Positions 41,914 through 51,522 of a stretch of 64,000 nucleotides of DNA are shown piece by piece; within the stretch, counting starts at the first letter, position 1, and each line of letters opens with the position of its first letter. The stretch comes from an uncultured Candidatus Rokubacteria bacterium (lineage in GTDB: Bacteria > Methylomirabilota > Methylomirabilia > Rokubacteriales > CSP1-6), in the NCBI GenBank assembly GCA_963789955.1, contig CAWBMV010000012.1, forward strand, positions 442,239 to 506,238, in the 5' to 3' direction. The notes beneath the pieces are model-generated. The model made no database searches and was not told the origin of the DNA. It was given only the letters and a program-made list of their open reading frames with translations. The translations under genes were made by a program, and so were the position numbers.

Positions 41914-42864
41914 CGACGGCCAACGGGCGACGGCGGACTGCTCAAGACCGCCGTCGCGACGTACGCGCACACGAAGGGGCTGAAGGACGGCAGCGTGACG
42001 GTGCCCGGCACCGGCTCGAGCACGTCGAGGTCAGCCCGATCGTCGCCGCGTTTCGCCGGATGGTGCCGCACGCTCGAGTTCGACGTGTCCGAGATGGCGA
42101 TCACGACGTACCTGACGGCGAAGGCCCACGGCAAGGCGTTCACGGCCCTGCCGGTGTTCGTCATGCGCCAGTTTCATCACACGCCGATCGTCTACAACGT
42201 GAAGTCGGGCGTGAAGTCGCCGAAGGATCTCGAGGGCAAGAAGGTCGGCGTGCGCGCCTACACCGTCACGACCGGCGTCTGGGCGCGGGGCATCCTGGCG
42301 ACGGAGTACGGCGTCGATCTCTCCAAGGTCACGTGGGTCGTCGTCGACGAGGAGCACGTGCAGGAGTACCAGAAGCCGGCCAACGTGCGAGGAGCGCCCG
42401 GGCGCGAACCTCGGCGAGATGCTGGCCAAGGGCGAGCTGGCGGCGGCCATCGGCGCCGGCACGGTCGATTCGCCGGACGTGCAGCCGCTCGTTCGCGAAC
42501 CCGCGCGAGGCCGAGGCCGCGTGGTACCGGAAGACGGGGATCTATCCCGTCAATCACACGGTCGTCGTGAAGGATTCGCTGCTCCAGTCCGATCCGACCC
42601 TGGCGCCGCGCCTGTTCGGCGCCTTCAAGGACGCGAAGGCCGCTGTTCATGAAGCAGCTCGATTCGGGGGCGACCTTGCCCGCCGACGCTCAGGCCGTCG
42701 CCCAGCGCCGGAGCATCGTCGGCGACGACCCGTTGCCGTATGGCGTCGCCAGGAACCGCAAGGCGCTGGAGGCCATCATCCAGTTCGCGCGCGACCAGAA
42801 GATCCTGCCGCGCGCGGTGACCCCCGAGGAGATGTTTCCCCGCAACACCCTCGATCTCGAGTAG
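41910..42864 (+). CDS. 4,5-dihydroxyphthalate decarboxylase-like protein (multiple frameshifts)
   Basis: EFDVSEMA, ALPVF, GVRAYTVTTGVWARGIL, GIYPVNHTVV and DPLPYGV. Confidence 0.78.
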
Positions 42865-42866
42865 CC

Positions 42867-42932
42867 ATGCGCTTCGAGCGAGCCGTCCCGGTCCTTCAGG
42901 TCGCCGACGTCGGCCGGAGCATCGACTGGTAA
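42867..42932 (+). pseudogene. Truncated VOC/glyoxalase N-terminus
   Basis: MRFERAVPVLQVADVGRSIDW then stop; matches the start of the glyoxalase/bleomycin-resistance fold. Confidence 0.5.
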
Positions 42933-43090
42933 CGGCTTCGTGGACCAGGAAGGCGAGGTCGCCGCCGGCATCGGCGATTCGTCCGCGGAGGAAGCTACGA
43001 GCTCGGCGGCGGTCCGCCCTCGTCTTGACGCCGAGCGGCCGGGACTAGGATGCTCGCCTACCAGTCGGCTCGATCGTCGGGGAGGGCTTC

Positions 43091-44120
43091 ATGATCATCG
43101 ACTGTCACGGCCACTACACGACGGCACCGAAGGAGCTCGAGGCGTTCCGGCAGAAGCAGATCGCCGAGCTCAAGGAGCCCTCGCGCGCTCGCGCCGAAGG
43201 CCGCCATCAGCATCAGCGACGACCAGATCCGCGAATCGCTCGAGAAGGCGCAGCTCGAAGCTCCAGCGCGAGCGCGGCACCGACGTCACGATCTTCTCGC
43301 CGCGCGCGGCCGGCATGGGCCATCACATCGGCGACGCGACCACGAGCCTGCACTGGTCGGAGGTGTGCAACGACCTGATCCACCGCGTGCTGCACGCTCT
43401 ATCCCGCAGAACTTCGTCGGCGTGTGCCAGCTGCCGCAGACGCCGGGCGTGCCGCCGACCAACTGCATCGCGGAGCTCGAGCGCTGCGTCAAGGAATTCG
43501 GGTTCATCGGCTGCAACCTGAACCCGGACCCGTCGGGCGGCTACTGGACGGATCCGCCGCTCACCGACAAGTGGTGGTATCCGTTCTACGAGAAGCTGGT
43601 CGAGCTCGACGTGCCGGCGATGATCCACGTGAGCGTGTCCTGCAACCCGAACTTCCACACGACCGGCGGCCACTACATCAACGGCGACACGACGGCGTTC
43701 ATGCAGCTGATCACCGCCGACCTCTTCAAGGATTTCCCGACGCCTCAAGTTCATCATCCCGCACGGCGGCGGCGCGGTGCCCTATCACTGGGGCCGCTAC
43801 CGCGGCCTCGCGCAGGACTGAAGAAGCCGCTCCTGAAGGACCATCTGCTCAACAACGTGTTCTTCGACACCTGCGTCTATCACCAGCCGGGCATCGATCT
43901 CCTGTTCAAGGTGATCCCCGTCGACAACATCCTCTTCGCCTCGGAGATGGTCGGCGCGGTGCGCGGCATCGACCCGGAGACCGGCAACTACTACGACGAC
44001 ACCAAGCGCTACATCGACGCGCTCGACGACTCAGCGACGAAGACCGGCGCAAGATCTTCGAGGGCAACGCGCGCCGCGTCTACAGCGCGCTTGAAGAACA
44101 AGATTCCGGCCTCGCGCTAG
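43091..44120 (+). CDS. ligJ: 4-oxalomesaconate hydratase (LigJ-like; multiple frameshifts)
   Basis: MIIDCHGHYTTAP, CNLNPDPSGG, IIPHGGGAVPYHWGRYRG, FFDTCVYHQPG and FASEMVGAV. Confidence 0.85.
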
Positions 44121-44129
44121 GAGAGATCC

Positions 44130-44993
44130 ATGGCTGAGATCCCGCGGCTGAACGGCGTCATCAGAGCGCTCGAGCAGGGCAAGACGGCCTTCGTCGGGTT
44201 CGGCTCGGTCGACATCGAGACCGCCACCGCGCTGGGGGCCTCGAACCTGGACGGCGTCGCGTTCGAGATGGAGCACGCGCCGATGAGCGCGCCCGCGCTG
44301 CGCGACGCGCTCCAGTACATGCTGGATCGGCGCCAGATCCTCGACTCCGGCACCCTGGCGCCCAAGGTGACGCCGCTCGTGCGGATCCCGCCGAACGGCG
44401 GCGAGATGAACCAGTGGATCGCCAAGCAGGTGCTCGACATCGGCGTCTTCGGCATCATCTTCCCGCACGTGAGCACGGTCGAGGAGGCGCGCAACGCCGT
44501 CAGCGCCTGCCGCTACCCGCGTCTCTCGAGCGCGCCCCGCTACGATCCGCCCGGCATTCGCGGCGACGCGCCGGCGCGGGCCGCGAAGTACTGGGGGCTC
44601 TCGCAGCAGGACTACTACGCGCGCGCCGACGTGTGGCCGCTGGCGCCGCAGGGCGAGATCCTCGCGATCATCCAGTGCGAGGACACGAAGGCGATCGAGA
44701 ACCTTCCGCGGATGCTCCAGGAAGTGCCGGGCATCGGCGTGGTGCTGATCGGCGAAGGGGATCTGAGCCAGGAGCTCGGCCACCCGCGCGAGTACGAGCA
44801 CCCCGTCGTGGCGGAAGCCATCGAGCGCATCTTGAAGATCTGCAAGGACCACAACGTGCCGTGCGGCCACCCGCATCCCGACGCGAAGAACATCGAGCGT
44901 CTGATCGCGAGCGGCTATCGCTTCCTGATGCCGAGCACGCCGCGCTCGTTCGGAGTGCTGGAGCAGGGGCGCAAGCTCGCCGGCCGAGTCTGA
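44130..44993 (+). CDS. HpcH/HpaI aldolase family protein
   Basis: EMEHAP, LVRIP, LDIGVFGIIFPHV, IQCED and IGEGDLS. Confidence 0.88.
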   Translation: MAEIPRLNGVIRALEQGKTAFVGFGSVDIETATALGASNLDGVAFEMEHAPMSAPALRDALQYMLDRRQILDSGTLAPKVTPLVRIPPNGGEMNQWIAKQVLDIGVFGIIFPHVSTVEEARNAVSACRYPRLSSAPRYDPPGIRGDAPARAAKYWGLSQQDYYARADVWPLAPQGEILAIIQCEDTKAIENLPRMLQEVPGIGVVLIGEGDLSQELGHPREYEHPVVAEAIERILKICKDHNVPCGHPHPDAKNIERLIASGYRFLMPSTPRSFGVLEQGRKLAGRV

Positions 44994-45186
44994 GGCGCGC
45001 AGGAGCCTAGCGTCCGGGCGCTGCCGATGCTCTCCAGGTCATTCCTGGACGAGATCGGTCGCGGAGCAGGCATCTGGGTCAGCGGGCTCTCGAAAGACGC
45101 GCGAGACAGGCGCCTGAGCCATCTGAGGCACGCGTGGGTGTGAACCTCGGAGCGATCGAGCGAGATCTAACCAAGAAGAGCCTCTG

Positions 45187-46171
45187 ATGGACAACGCCCT
45201 CGACACGCTCGCGCGCTACGGCTATCTCGTGGTCTTCGGCTCCGTCCTGGCCGAGCAGATCGGCATTCCGATCCCGGCCATACCGTTCCTCCTGGCTGCC
45301 GGCGGGCTGGCCGGGAGCGGTCGTCTCAGCCTTGCGCTGCTGCTGGCCCTGTCCGGCGTCGCGTCGCTGATGGCCGACCTGACCTGGTACTGGATCGGCC
45401 GACTCGGGGGCGCGCGCGTGCTCGGATGGCTCTGCCGCATCTCGCTCGAGCCCGATTCCTGTGTGCGGCGTACCCAGACGAGTTTCTCCAAGCACGGGTC
45501 GCGCACGCTCGTCTTTGCCAAGTTCGTTCCCGGCTTGAGCACCATCGCCCCGCCGCTGGCGGGCATCGTGCGGATGCCGCTGGGCCGGTTCGTGTTGTTC
45601 AGCGCCATCGGCGGCGTGGTCTGGGCCGGAGCGTTCATCGTCCTCGGCTGGGTGTTCAGCTACCAGCTCGAGCTCGTCGCCGGCTATGCCGCGCAGTTCG
45701 GGAGCTGGACGGCCGCCGCGCTCGGCGCCGCGCTCGGCGGCTACATCGCGTGGAAGTTCGTCTCGCGCCAGCGGTTCTTGAGGAAGATCCGGATCGCGCG
45801 GATCACGCCGGAACAGCTCAAGGCCATGATCGACGGCGGCGAGGCGCTGTTGATCGTCGACGTGCGCGACCGCATCGACTTCGAGTCCGAGCCGACGATC
45901 ATCCCGGGTGCGCTGCACCTGACGATCGAGGAGCTCGACGAGCGTCGACCTGGAGATCCCGCGCGAGCGCGAGATCGTCCTGTACTGCACCTGACCCAAC
46001 GAAGCCTCGAGCGCCCGTGTGGCGCTGATCCTGAGACGCCGCGGCATCGAGCGCGTACGGCCTCTGGCGGGCGGGTTCCGCGCCTGGAGAGACCTCGGCT
46101 ACCCGATGACCGCACTGGGACCTGCCGGCGGCTCTGACCCGACCAAGGGCCTCAGCCCGGCGCCGGCGTAG
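45187..46171 (+). CDS. DedA/VTT + rhodanese fusion protein; candidate selenoprotein (+1 indel near 45947, in-frame TGA 45992-45994)
   Basis: DedA motifs EQIGIPIP and FAKFVPG; after the frame change LEIPREREIVLYCT-TGA-PNEASSARVALILRRRGIERVRPLAGGFRAW continues to TAG 46171. Confidence 0.8.
46007..46028 (+). promoter_or_regulatory. Putative bacterial SECIS hairpin
   Basis: TC-g-AGCGCC-cgtgt-GGCGCT-GA; stem starts 13 nt after the TGA and the loop has GU at positions 2-3. Confidence 0.55.
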
Positions 46172-46208
46172 GGATCGCGGGCTCACCCGAAGCTGCTACC
46201 CTGAGCCC

Positions 46209-47468
46209 GTGGAGACGGGTCCGAACGCTCGCACGAGTGCCTGCATCGTGGGCGGGGGGCCGGGCGGCTTGCTGCTCGGCCTCCTGCTCGCCAAGCGGGG
46301 CGTCGACGTCATCGTGCTCGAAGGCCACGAGGACTTCGAGCGCGAGTTCCGCGGCGAGGTGCTCCAGCCGAGCACGTCGCACTTGCTGGACGAGCTCGGG
46401 CTGCTCGAGTACATCCTGGCCCAGCCGCACTCGCTCCTCGAGGTCGGCCGGATTCGCCTGAACGGCCGCGAGGTCGGCCAGTTCGAGTTCAAGCGGATCT
46501 CGCCGACCTATCCGTACGCCCTCTGGATGCCTCAGCCGATCTTCCTGGAGGCGCTTCGGCGCAAGGCCGCGGGGTTCCCCTCGTTCCAGTGCTGGATGGG
46601 CGCCAAGGCCACGAAGCTCATCGAGGAGAACGGCAAGGTCGTCGGCGTGAGCGGCCTGCGCCACGGCAAGGAGCCGTTCGAGGTTCGCGCCGACGTGGTC
46701 GTGGCGGCCGACGGGCGCTACTCGACCCTGGCGAAGCTCGGCGGCTTCGAGACCGAGTACGAGCGCCACGACTTCGACGTCATCTGGTTCACGATCGAGC
46801 AGCCGCCCGGGTGGGCGAGCACCTTCTACGTCTCGCTGGGCGAGGTGCGCGGCCTGATGCTGCCGAAGTATCCGCACCACATCCAGGTCGGCATCGTCCT
46901 GCCGACGGGCGAGTGGAAGCGCTGGCGCGACCAGGGCGTGGCGACGGTGGCCGATCGCATCCGCCGCTTCGACCCGATCTTCAAGGAGTTCGCCGGTTCT
47001 CTGCGAGACTTCAAGCCGTTCTTCCCGCTCGAGGGCCTCATTCGCCTGATGCGGCAGTGGTCGCGCGACGGGCTGTTGTTGATCGGCGACGCCGCGCACA
47101 CGATGAGCCCGGCCGGCGCCATCGGCGTCAACGTCGCGCTCGCGACCGCCGCGGTGGCCGCGCAGGTGCTCTACCCGCACTTCGGCCACGGCCCGATCGG
47201 GCGCGACGTCCTGCAGGAGGTCCAGCGGCTGCGCGAGGCCGACGTGCGCACCTTGCATCGCTTCCAGCTGGGCGCTCAGCGCGTGCTGCTGGGGCAGGGC
47301 AGCAGCAATCCGGTCGTGAAGTGGATGGCGCAGACGGCGATCCCGCTGGTCCTCAGATCGCCCCTGCTGCCGAGGCTCGCGCGACGGCTCTTCTTCGGGG
47401 CTCCGCTGCCGCCGATCGACCCCGCGTTCAGCTTTCGAGGCCCCGCTGGAGTCACGGCTCCGGGATAG
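46209..47468 (+). CDS. FAD-dependent oxidoreductase/monooxygenase (UbiH-like fold)
   Basis: IVGGGPGG, REFRGE, AADGRYS and LIGDAAHTMSPAGAIGVN. Confidence 0.9.
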   Translation: METGPNARTSACIVGGGPGGLLLGLLLAKRGVDVIVLEGHEDFEREFRGEVLQPSTSHLLDELGLLEYILAQPHSLLEVGRIRLNGREVGQFEFKRISPTYPYALWMPQPIFLEALRRKAAGFPSFQCWMGAKATKLIEENGKVVGVSGLRHGKEPFEVRADVVVAADGRYSTLAKLGGFETEYERHDFDVIWFTIEQPPGWASTFYVSLGEVRGLMLPKYPHHIQVGIVLPTGEWKRWRDQGVATVADRIRRFDPIFKEFAGSLRDFKPFFPLEGLIRLMRQWSRDGLLLIGDAAHTMSPAGAIGVNVALATAAVAAQVLYPHFGHGPIGRDVLQEVQRLREADVRTLHRFQLGAQRVLLGQGSSNPVVKWMAQTAIPLVLRSPLLPRLARRLFFGAPLPPIDPAFSFRGPAGVTAPG

Positions 47469-47504
47469 GCCCGGCCGGGTGTTTGTGTTTACAATCCGTC
47501 CGGA

Positions 47505-47771
47505 ATGAGCGCCGGCCAGACGGATCTGCTCGCGTGCGTGCCGGCATTCTCGCGGGCGCTCGAAGGGCCGTTCGACTCGCAGCGGTTTCTCCACGACTTC
47601 TCGGCGCATGCCCAGGCGCTCGTGCCGCACGACGGCATGTTCATCGCCTGGCTCGAAGACGAGGGCCGCACGTTCAGCGCCTTCGCCAGGAACGTCGTCG
47701 GCCCGGACGTCGTTGCTTCGCCGCTACGGGTTGGACTAGCGACTCCCATCTGGCTTCGTGCTCGGAGGTGA
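47505..47771 (+). pseudogene. Possible truncated GAF-domain regulator remnant
   Basis: N-terminal GAF-like pattern (LVPHDGMFIAWLE) that loses coding character near 47710; TACAAT upstream. Confidence 0.35.
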
Positions 47772-47773
47772 TC

Positions 47774-48274
47774 ATGAAACGAAACGCGATCATCGCCCTC
47801 GGCGTAGTCCTGATGCTCAGCGGTTGTGCGTCCACGCAAGACGTGCCGGCTGCACCAGACACGGTCGCGCTCGGTGAGCTACTGGATGAGTGGACCGCCG
47901 CCTGGTCCTCGAAGCACATCCCCAGGCTCCTGCAGCTCTTCACGGAGGACGTGTATTACGAGGACGTGCCTCTCGGCGTGGTCAGCCGAGGTCGGCCGGC
48001 GCTGGCCGGCTTCGCGACGACCATCTTCGATGGATTCAGCGAGCTGAAGTTCGAGCGTAAGTCGCGCTTCGTCTCGACCGACGGCCGTATGGGCGCCGTC
48101 GAATGGGTATTTCGCGGCCGCCAGATCAAAGACCTTCCTGGGCTGCCAGCGACCGACAAACCGTTCGAGATTCGCGGTCTGACCATCGTCGAGTTTCGCG
48201 GCGGCCGGATCGGTCGCAACTCGGACTACTGGGATCTGCTGACGTATAGGCGGCAGATCGGCCTGGCCCAGTGA
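47774..48274 (+). CDS. SnoaL/NTF2-like lipoprotein
   Basis: GGAGG RBS; lipobox LSGC; LFTEDVYYED, AVEWVFRG and NSDYWD. Confidence 0.82.
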   Translation: MKRNAIIALGVVLMLSGCASTQDVPAAPDTVALGELLDEWTAAWSSKHIPRLLQLFTEDVYYEDVPLGVVSRGRPALAGFATTIFDGFSELKFERKSRFVSTDGRMGAVEWVFRGRQIKDLPGLPATDKPFEIRGLTIVEFRGGRIGRNSDYWDLLTYRRQIGLAQ

Positions 48275-48294
48275 CGGGCGCCAGGCCGGACCAG

Positions 48295-48999
48295 TCAGCT
48301 CAGGATGCGCTTGCGGAAGAGGATCTCGCGGACGCCTGACTTCAACAGCACCGTCTCGCAGATCTCCAGGCCGGCGAACATGATGTTGATGTCGCGGTTC
48401 TGCAGAACCCATCGCCGGCTACACGCGGAAGGGTAGAAGCGATAGCGAAGGTGCGTCTCGTCTTCGATGAAGTACTTGGTGTAGTGCGGATTGTCCGACG
48501 CGCGAGCGCCGAAGAACCCGAGGAACACTCCGCCCGGCCGTAGTATCCGCATCAGCTCACCGGCCAGGGCAGTCGCGGCCATCGGGTTGAGGTAGTCGAA
48601 GATGTCCCAGCCCAGCACGGCGTCGATACTCGACGCCGGCACCGAGAAGCGGCCACCCAGGAATTCGGGAAGCTGGTCGAGCTTGTCGTTCTGAACGTGA
48701 CGATCGATGTCGGAGAAGAGATCCTCGACGTGGATCTTGCAGCCGACCCGCTCGCCGAGGAAGGTGATGTTGGAGCCGATCACCGGGCCGAGGTCGACCA
48801 CCTCGGCGGCCGGCCGCGCGAACAAGAGGTCGAGGAATCGCGCGAGCGTCTTGCTCACGTACATGGTCTCGGCGGACACGGCAGCGACCGTACGCGGCTC
48901 GACGACGACACGTCCCGGCTCGTCGTCGGTTCGAGGCATCTGCCGGCCCAACCGGGACACGAGACCCGAGAGCCCGCCGGTTTTCTGATCTGTATTCAA
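48295..48999 (-). CDS. Class I methyltransferase-fold protein
   Basis: VVDLGP, DAVLGWDIFDYL and RILRPGG; TTG start uncertain. Confidence 0.7.
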   Translation of the reverse strand: MNTDQKTGGLSGLVSRLGRQMPRTDDEPGRVVVEPRTVAAVSAETMYVSKTLARFLDLLFARPAAEVVDLGPVIGSNITFLGERVGCKIHVEDLFSDIDRHVQNDKLDQLPEFLGGRFSVPASSIDAVLGWDIFDYLNPMAATALAGELMRILRPGGVFLGFFGARASDNPHYTKYFIEDETHLRYRFYPSACSRRWVLQNRDINIMFAGLEICETVLLKSGVREILFRKRILS

Positions 49000-49006
49000 G
49001 GCCGGC

Positions 49007-49603
49007 TTAGACGCGGATGTATTCGCCGTTCACGGGTGCAGGCTCCGTCTTCGGCGACTTGGATTCGTGCTTCGATTCGGGCTTCGTGAAGCTGCCCACG
49101 CCCTTCTCGGGCTGATCCTTCTTCTGCATGTCGATGCTGCCCTTGAAGTGCGAGCCGTCGGCGATCGCGACGCGCGGCGCCACGATGTCGCCTTCGACCG
49201 AGCCCGTGTCCTTGATGTCGACCTTCTCGGTCGCGTTCAGATTGCCCGTCACCTGACCGAGGACGACGATCGACTTGGCGCTGACCTGCGCCTTGATGCG
49301 ACCGTTCGAGCCGACCGTGAGGATGTGGTCTTGCAGCTCGATCTTGCCGTCGACGCGCCCTTCGATCGTGAGATCCTCGCTGCCGCTCAGCTCACCGTTG
49401 ATGACAATGGACTTGCCAATGCTCGCCATTTCCTCGTGCATAGGTCGTGTCTCCTTCTGTGTCTGTTCTCCACCAGACGACGCCGATGAATAGGACGGTG
49501 TCTGCGACGAAAGGGACGGGGTCTGCACCGGAACGGACGGTGCTTGCGCCGGACTAGCCGGGACGCTCGTTGGCCGCGGTGGCTCGTCTTTCTGCTTCCA
49601 CAT
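49007..49603 (-). CDS. Bactofilin (polymer-forming cytoskeletal protein)
   Basis: ASIGKSIVINGELSGSEDLTIEGRVDG..GSVEGDIVAPRVAIADGSHFKGSIDM; MW-K N-terminal peptide; GGAGGG RBS. Confidence 0.92.
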   Translation of the reverse strand: MWKQKDEPPRPTSVPASPAQAPSVPVQTPSLSSQTPSYSSASSGGEQTQKETRPMHEEMASIGKSIVINGELSGSEDLTIEGRVDGKIELQDHILTVGSNGRIKAQVSAKSIVVLGQVTGNLNATEKVDIKDTGSVEGDIVAPRVAIADGSHFKGSIDMQKKDQPEKGVGSFTKPESKHESKSPKTEPAPVNGEYIRV

Positions 49604-50213
49604 CTCTCTCCCCTCCGTGTGCGCCCGGACTCGTTTGATCGAGAAAACTCACAGCTGCCGGGACAGCCTGCAATGAGGTGCTGAGTATAACCTTGGCCGC
49701 GGCGAATCAAGAACGTTTCACCCACATTTTTTTCGGTATCCGGCGACTTCTGCGAGAGCCGCAACCCCAGCATATCGGGGTTGTGACCCACGTTTTCGGC
49801 AGCCCTCACACACTCCGTTGGGGTTGCGACCATCGCGATCGGGTTCTCGACGTTCGCAGATGGATTTCTGAGCTTCGGGGTGCGGGCTCCTGACGTTCAG
49901 GTGGGGTCCCCGACGTTCACCAGTCGGCTTCCGGCCCACAGCTGCCCGCGATGAGTGCTGCCCCCCGGTGCTTCGTGGGATCGAGTGTGTCCGAGGCCGG
50001 CTCGGAGGTTTCAACCCCGCCGAGATCGTATGAAGTACTGGAATCTCAATGCTTTCTCGATGTGGCCAGGCCCCGGTTCATGGGGCGGAGAAGGATTCTC
50101 ACAGACGAGAACGACCCGACCGCGCCCGGGTGACCCTTGCCGACGCCAGAGCAGTGGAGTAAGAATTACGCCCCCGCGGCGACACCATCGCGCGGAGCAC
50201 AGGGAGGGTTGCG

Positions 50214-51110
50214 ATGGCCGGCACGAAACAATTCATCACGGCATCGGTGGGCGTCCAGGGAAAGAACCGGAACGCCGACGTCCGCGCGCTGCAGCAGCTC
50301 CTGATCGCGGCGGGTGAGAAGGTGCCCGGCGGCGACGACGGGGGATGGGGCGACAACACGCGCAATGCGCTTCAGAGCTTTCTGCGAGCGCAGACGCCGG
50401 CCGTGGACAAGGCGTACATCGAAAAGGCGACCGTCGAGCCGAAGGACGCCGTCCTGTTGAAACTCGCGGAGAAGGCGCAGATCTTGATTCCGCTGCCCGG
50501 CAAGACCGGTCTCGCGGGCATCGAGGCGATGCACACGTGGTTCGTCGACAATGACATCGTCTATCAGCAGGGCGCTGAGGATGGCGGCGGCACCCGGTGC
50601 GTCTACGGAGTGGAGGGACAGACCGACTACGCCGTGCAGACGGAGTCGAAGGCGTTTCGCAAGGGACCGGTCCAGATGGACTGCACCACCTACGCGAACC
50701 TCATGCTCTCGGTGTATCTCTACGGCAACGCCCACAACGCTGCGTACGACGGCGATTGCGGGCGCGTCGGCGGCACCAGCAGCTTCCACTGTGCCCGCGA
50801 CCGCTACGGCTTTCAGATCGTGACGCGGCCGGACAAGGACAGAACCGGTAAGAGCACCACGGTGTCCGATTTCCGCACCACCGAGCAGATCGTCGCGGCG
50901 ACGAAGGACAAGGCGGGACTGTACGCGCTCGAACCGGCGCGGCTGGGCTCAGGCTTCGTGAAGCATCTCGCCCTCCTCTGGGGGACGACGGTCTACGAAT
51001 GCACGACCGCTATGGACCCGAACTGCTCCCGACACCGGCTGGACGAATTCATGGATCGATGCAAGCGCAACGGCCGCTTCTGCTATCTCTTCGGGCCGAA
51101 GCTCGCCTGA
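50214..51110 (+). CDS. Putative peptidoglycan-binding + NlpC/P60-like hydrolase
   Basis: N-terminal DVRALQQLL..DGGWGDNTRNALQSF; C-terminal MDCTTY..KHLAL..VYECT. Confidence 0.55.
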   Translation: MAGTKQFITASVGVQGKNRNADVRALQQLLIAAGEKVPGGDDGGWGDNTRNALQSFLRAQTPAVDKAYIEKATVEPKDAVLLKLAEKAQILIPLPGKTGLAGIEAMHTWFVDNDIVYQQGAEDGGGTRCVYGVEGQTDYAVQTESKAFRKGPVQMDCTTYANLMLSVYLYGNAHNAAYDGDCGRVGGTSSFHCARDRYGFQIVTRPDKDRTGKSTTVSDFRTTEQIVAATKDKAGLYALEPARLGSGFVKHLALLWGTTVYECTTAMDPNCSRHRLDEFMDRCKRNGRFCYLFGPKLA

Positions 51111-51330
51111 CCTGCCTGTAGCCGCCCGCTCCGCCGCGCAGTTGTCGGGTTTCACGCAACGCTGCTCGGAATCAAGCACGCCTCTCTGCCGCACACCGAA
51201 TCGCCCAGAAGGTCCTAAGCCAATAACTCGCATTGTTGACGCTTGTCGGCCGGGAGACATCTGGTCAGTGGAGGACTGCATCAGTCAATGGACGTTGACG
51301 CTTCCGTTCTCGGGCCGGTACTCTGACGCC

Positions 51331-51522
51331 ATGGGACACACACGCCGGACGGTGCTTACAGCTCCGATTCCCACCGTGGAGCAAGTGGCGAGAAGGTTCG
51401 GCGTGTCGCGTGGCCGCGTCAGGCGGCTGGAGCGGCTGATCGACTCGTTTATCGCCGGTGATGCCAGAAGGCGGCGCGCCGCCAGAGCGAAGAAGAAGAC
51501 CGCGGCTACGCGCGGGCGCTGA
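51331..51522 (+). CDS. Small basic HTH-like protein
   Basis: TVEQVARRFGVSRGRVRRL; ATG lies 6 nt after TACTCT. Confidence 0.5.
   Translation: MGHTRRTVLTAPIPTVEQVARRFGVSRGRVRRLERLIDSFIAGDARRRRAARAKKKTAATRGR

Noticed and set aside
43815..43825. Second possible Sec codon in ligJ (caggactgaag)
   Set aside because: The reading continues in a different frame (KKPLLKDHLL), so it is a missing base in QDLKK; not a Cys position and no hairpin seen
45950..46137. ORF-track C-terminus RPGDPARARDRPVLH.. of the DedA protein
   Set aside because: Wrong frame; the +1 frame gives a recognisable rhodanese domain
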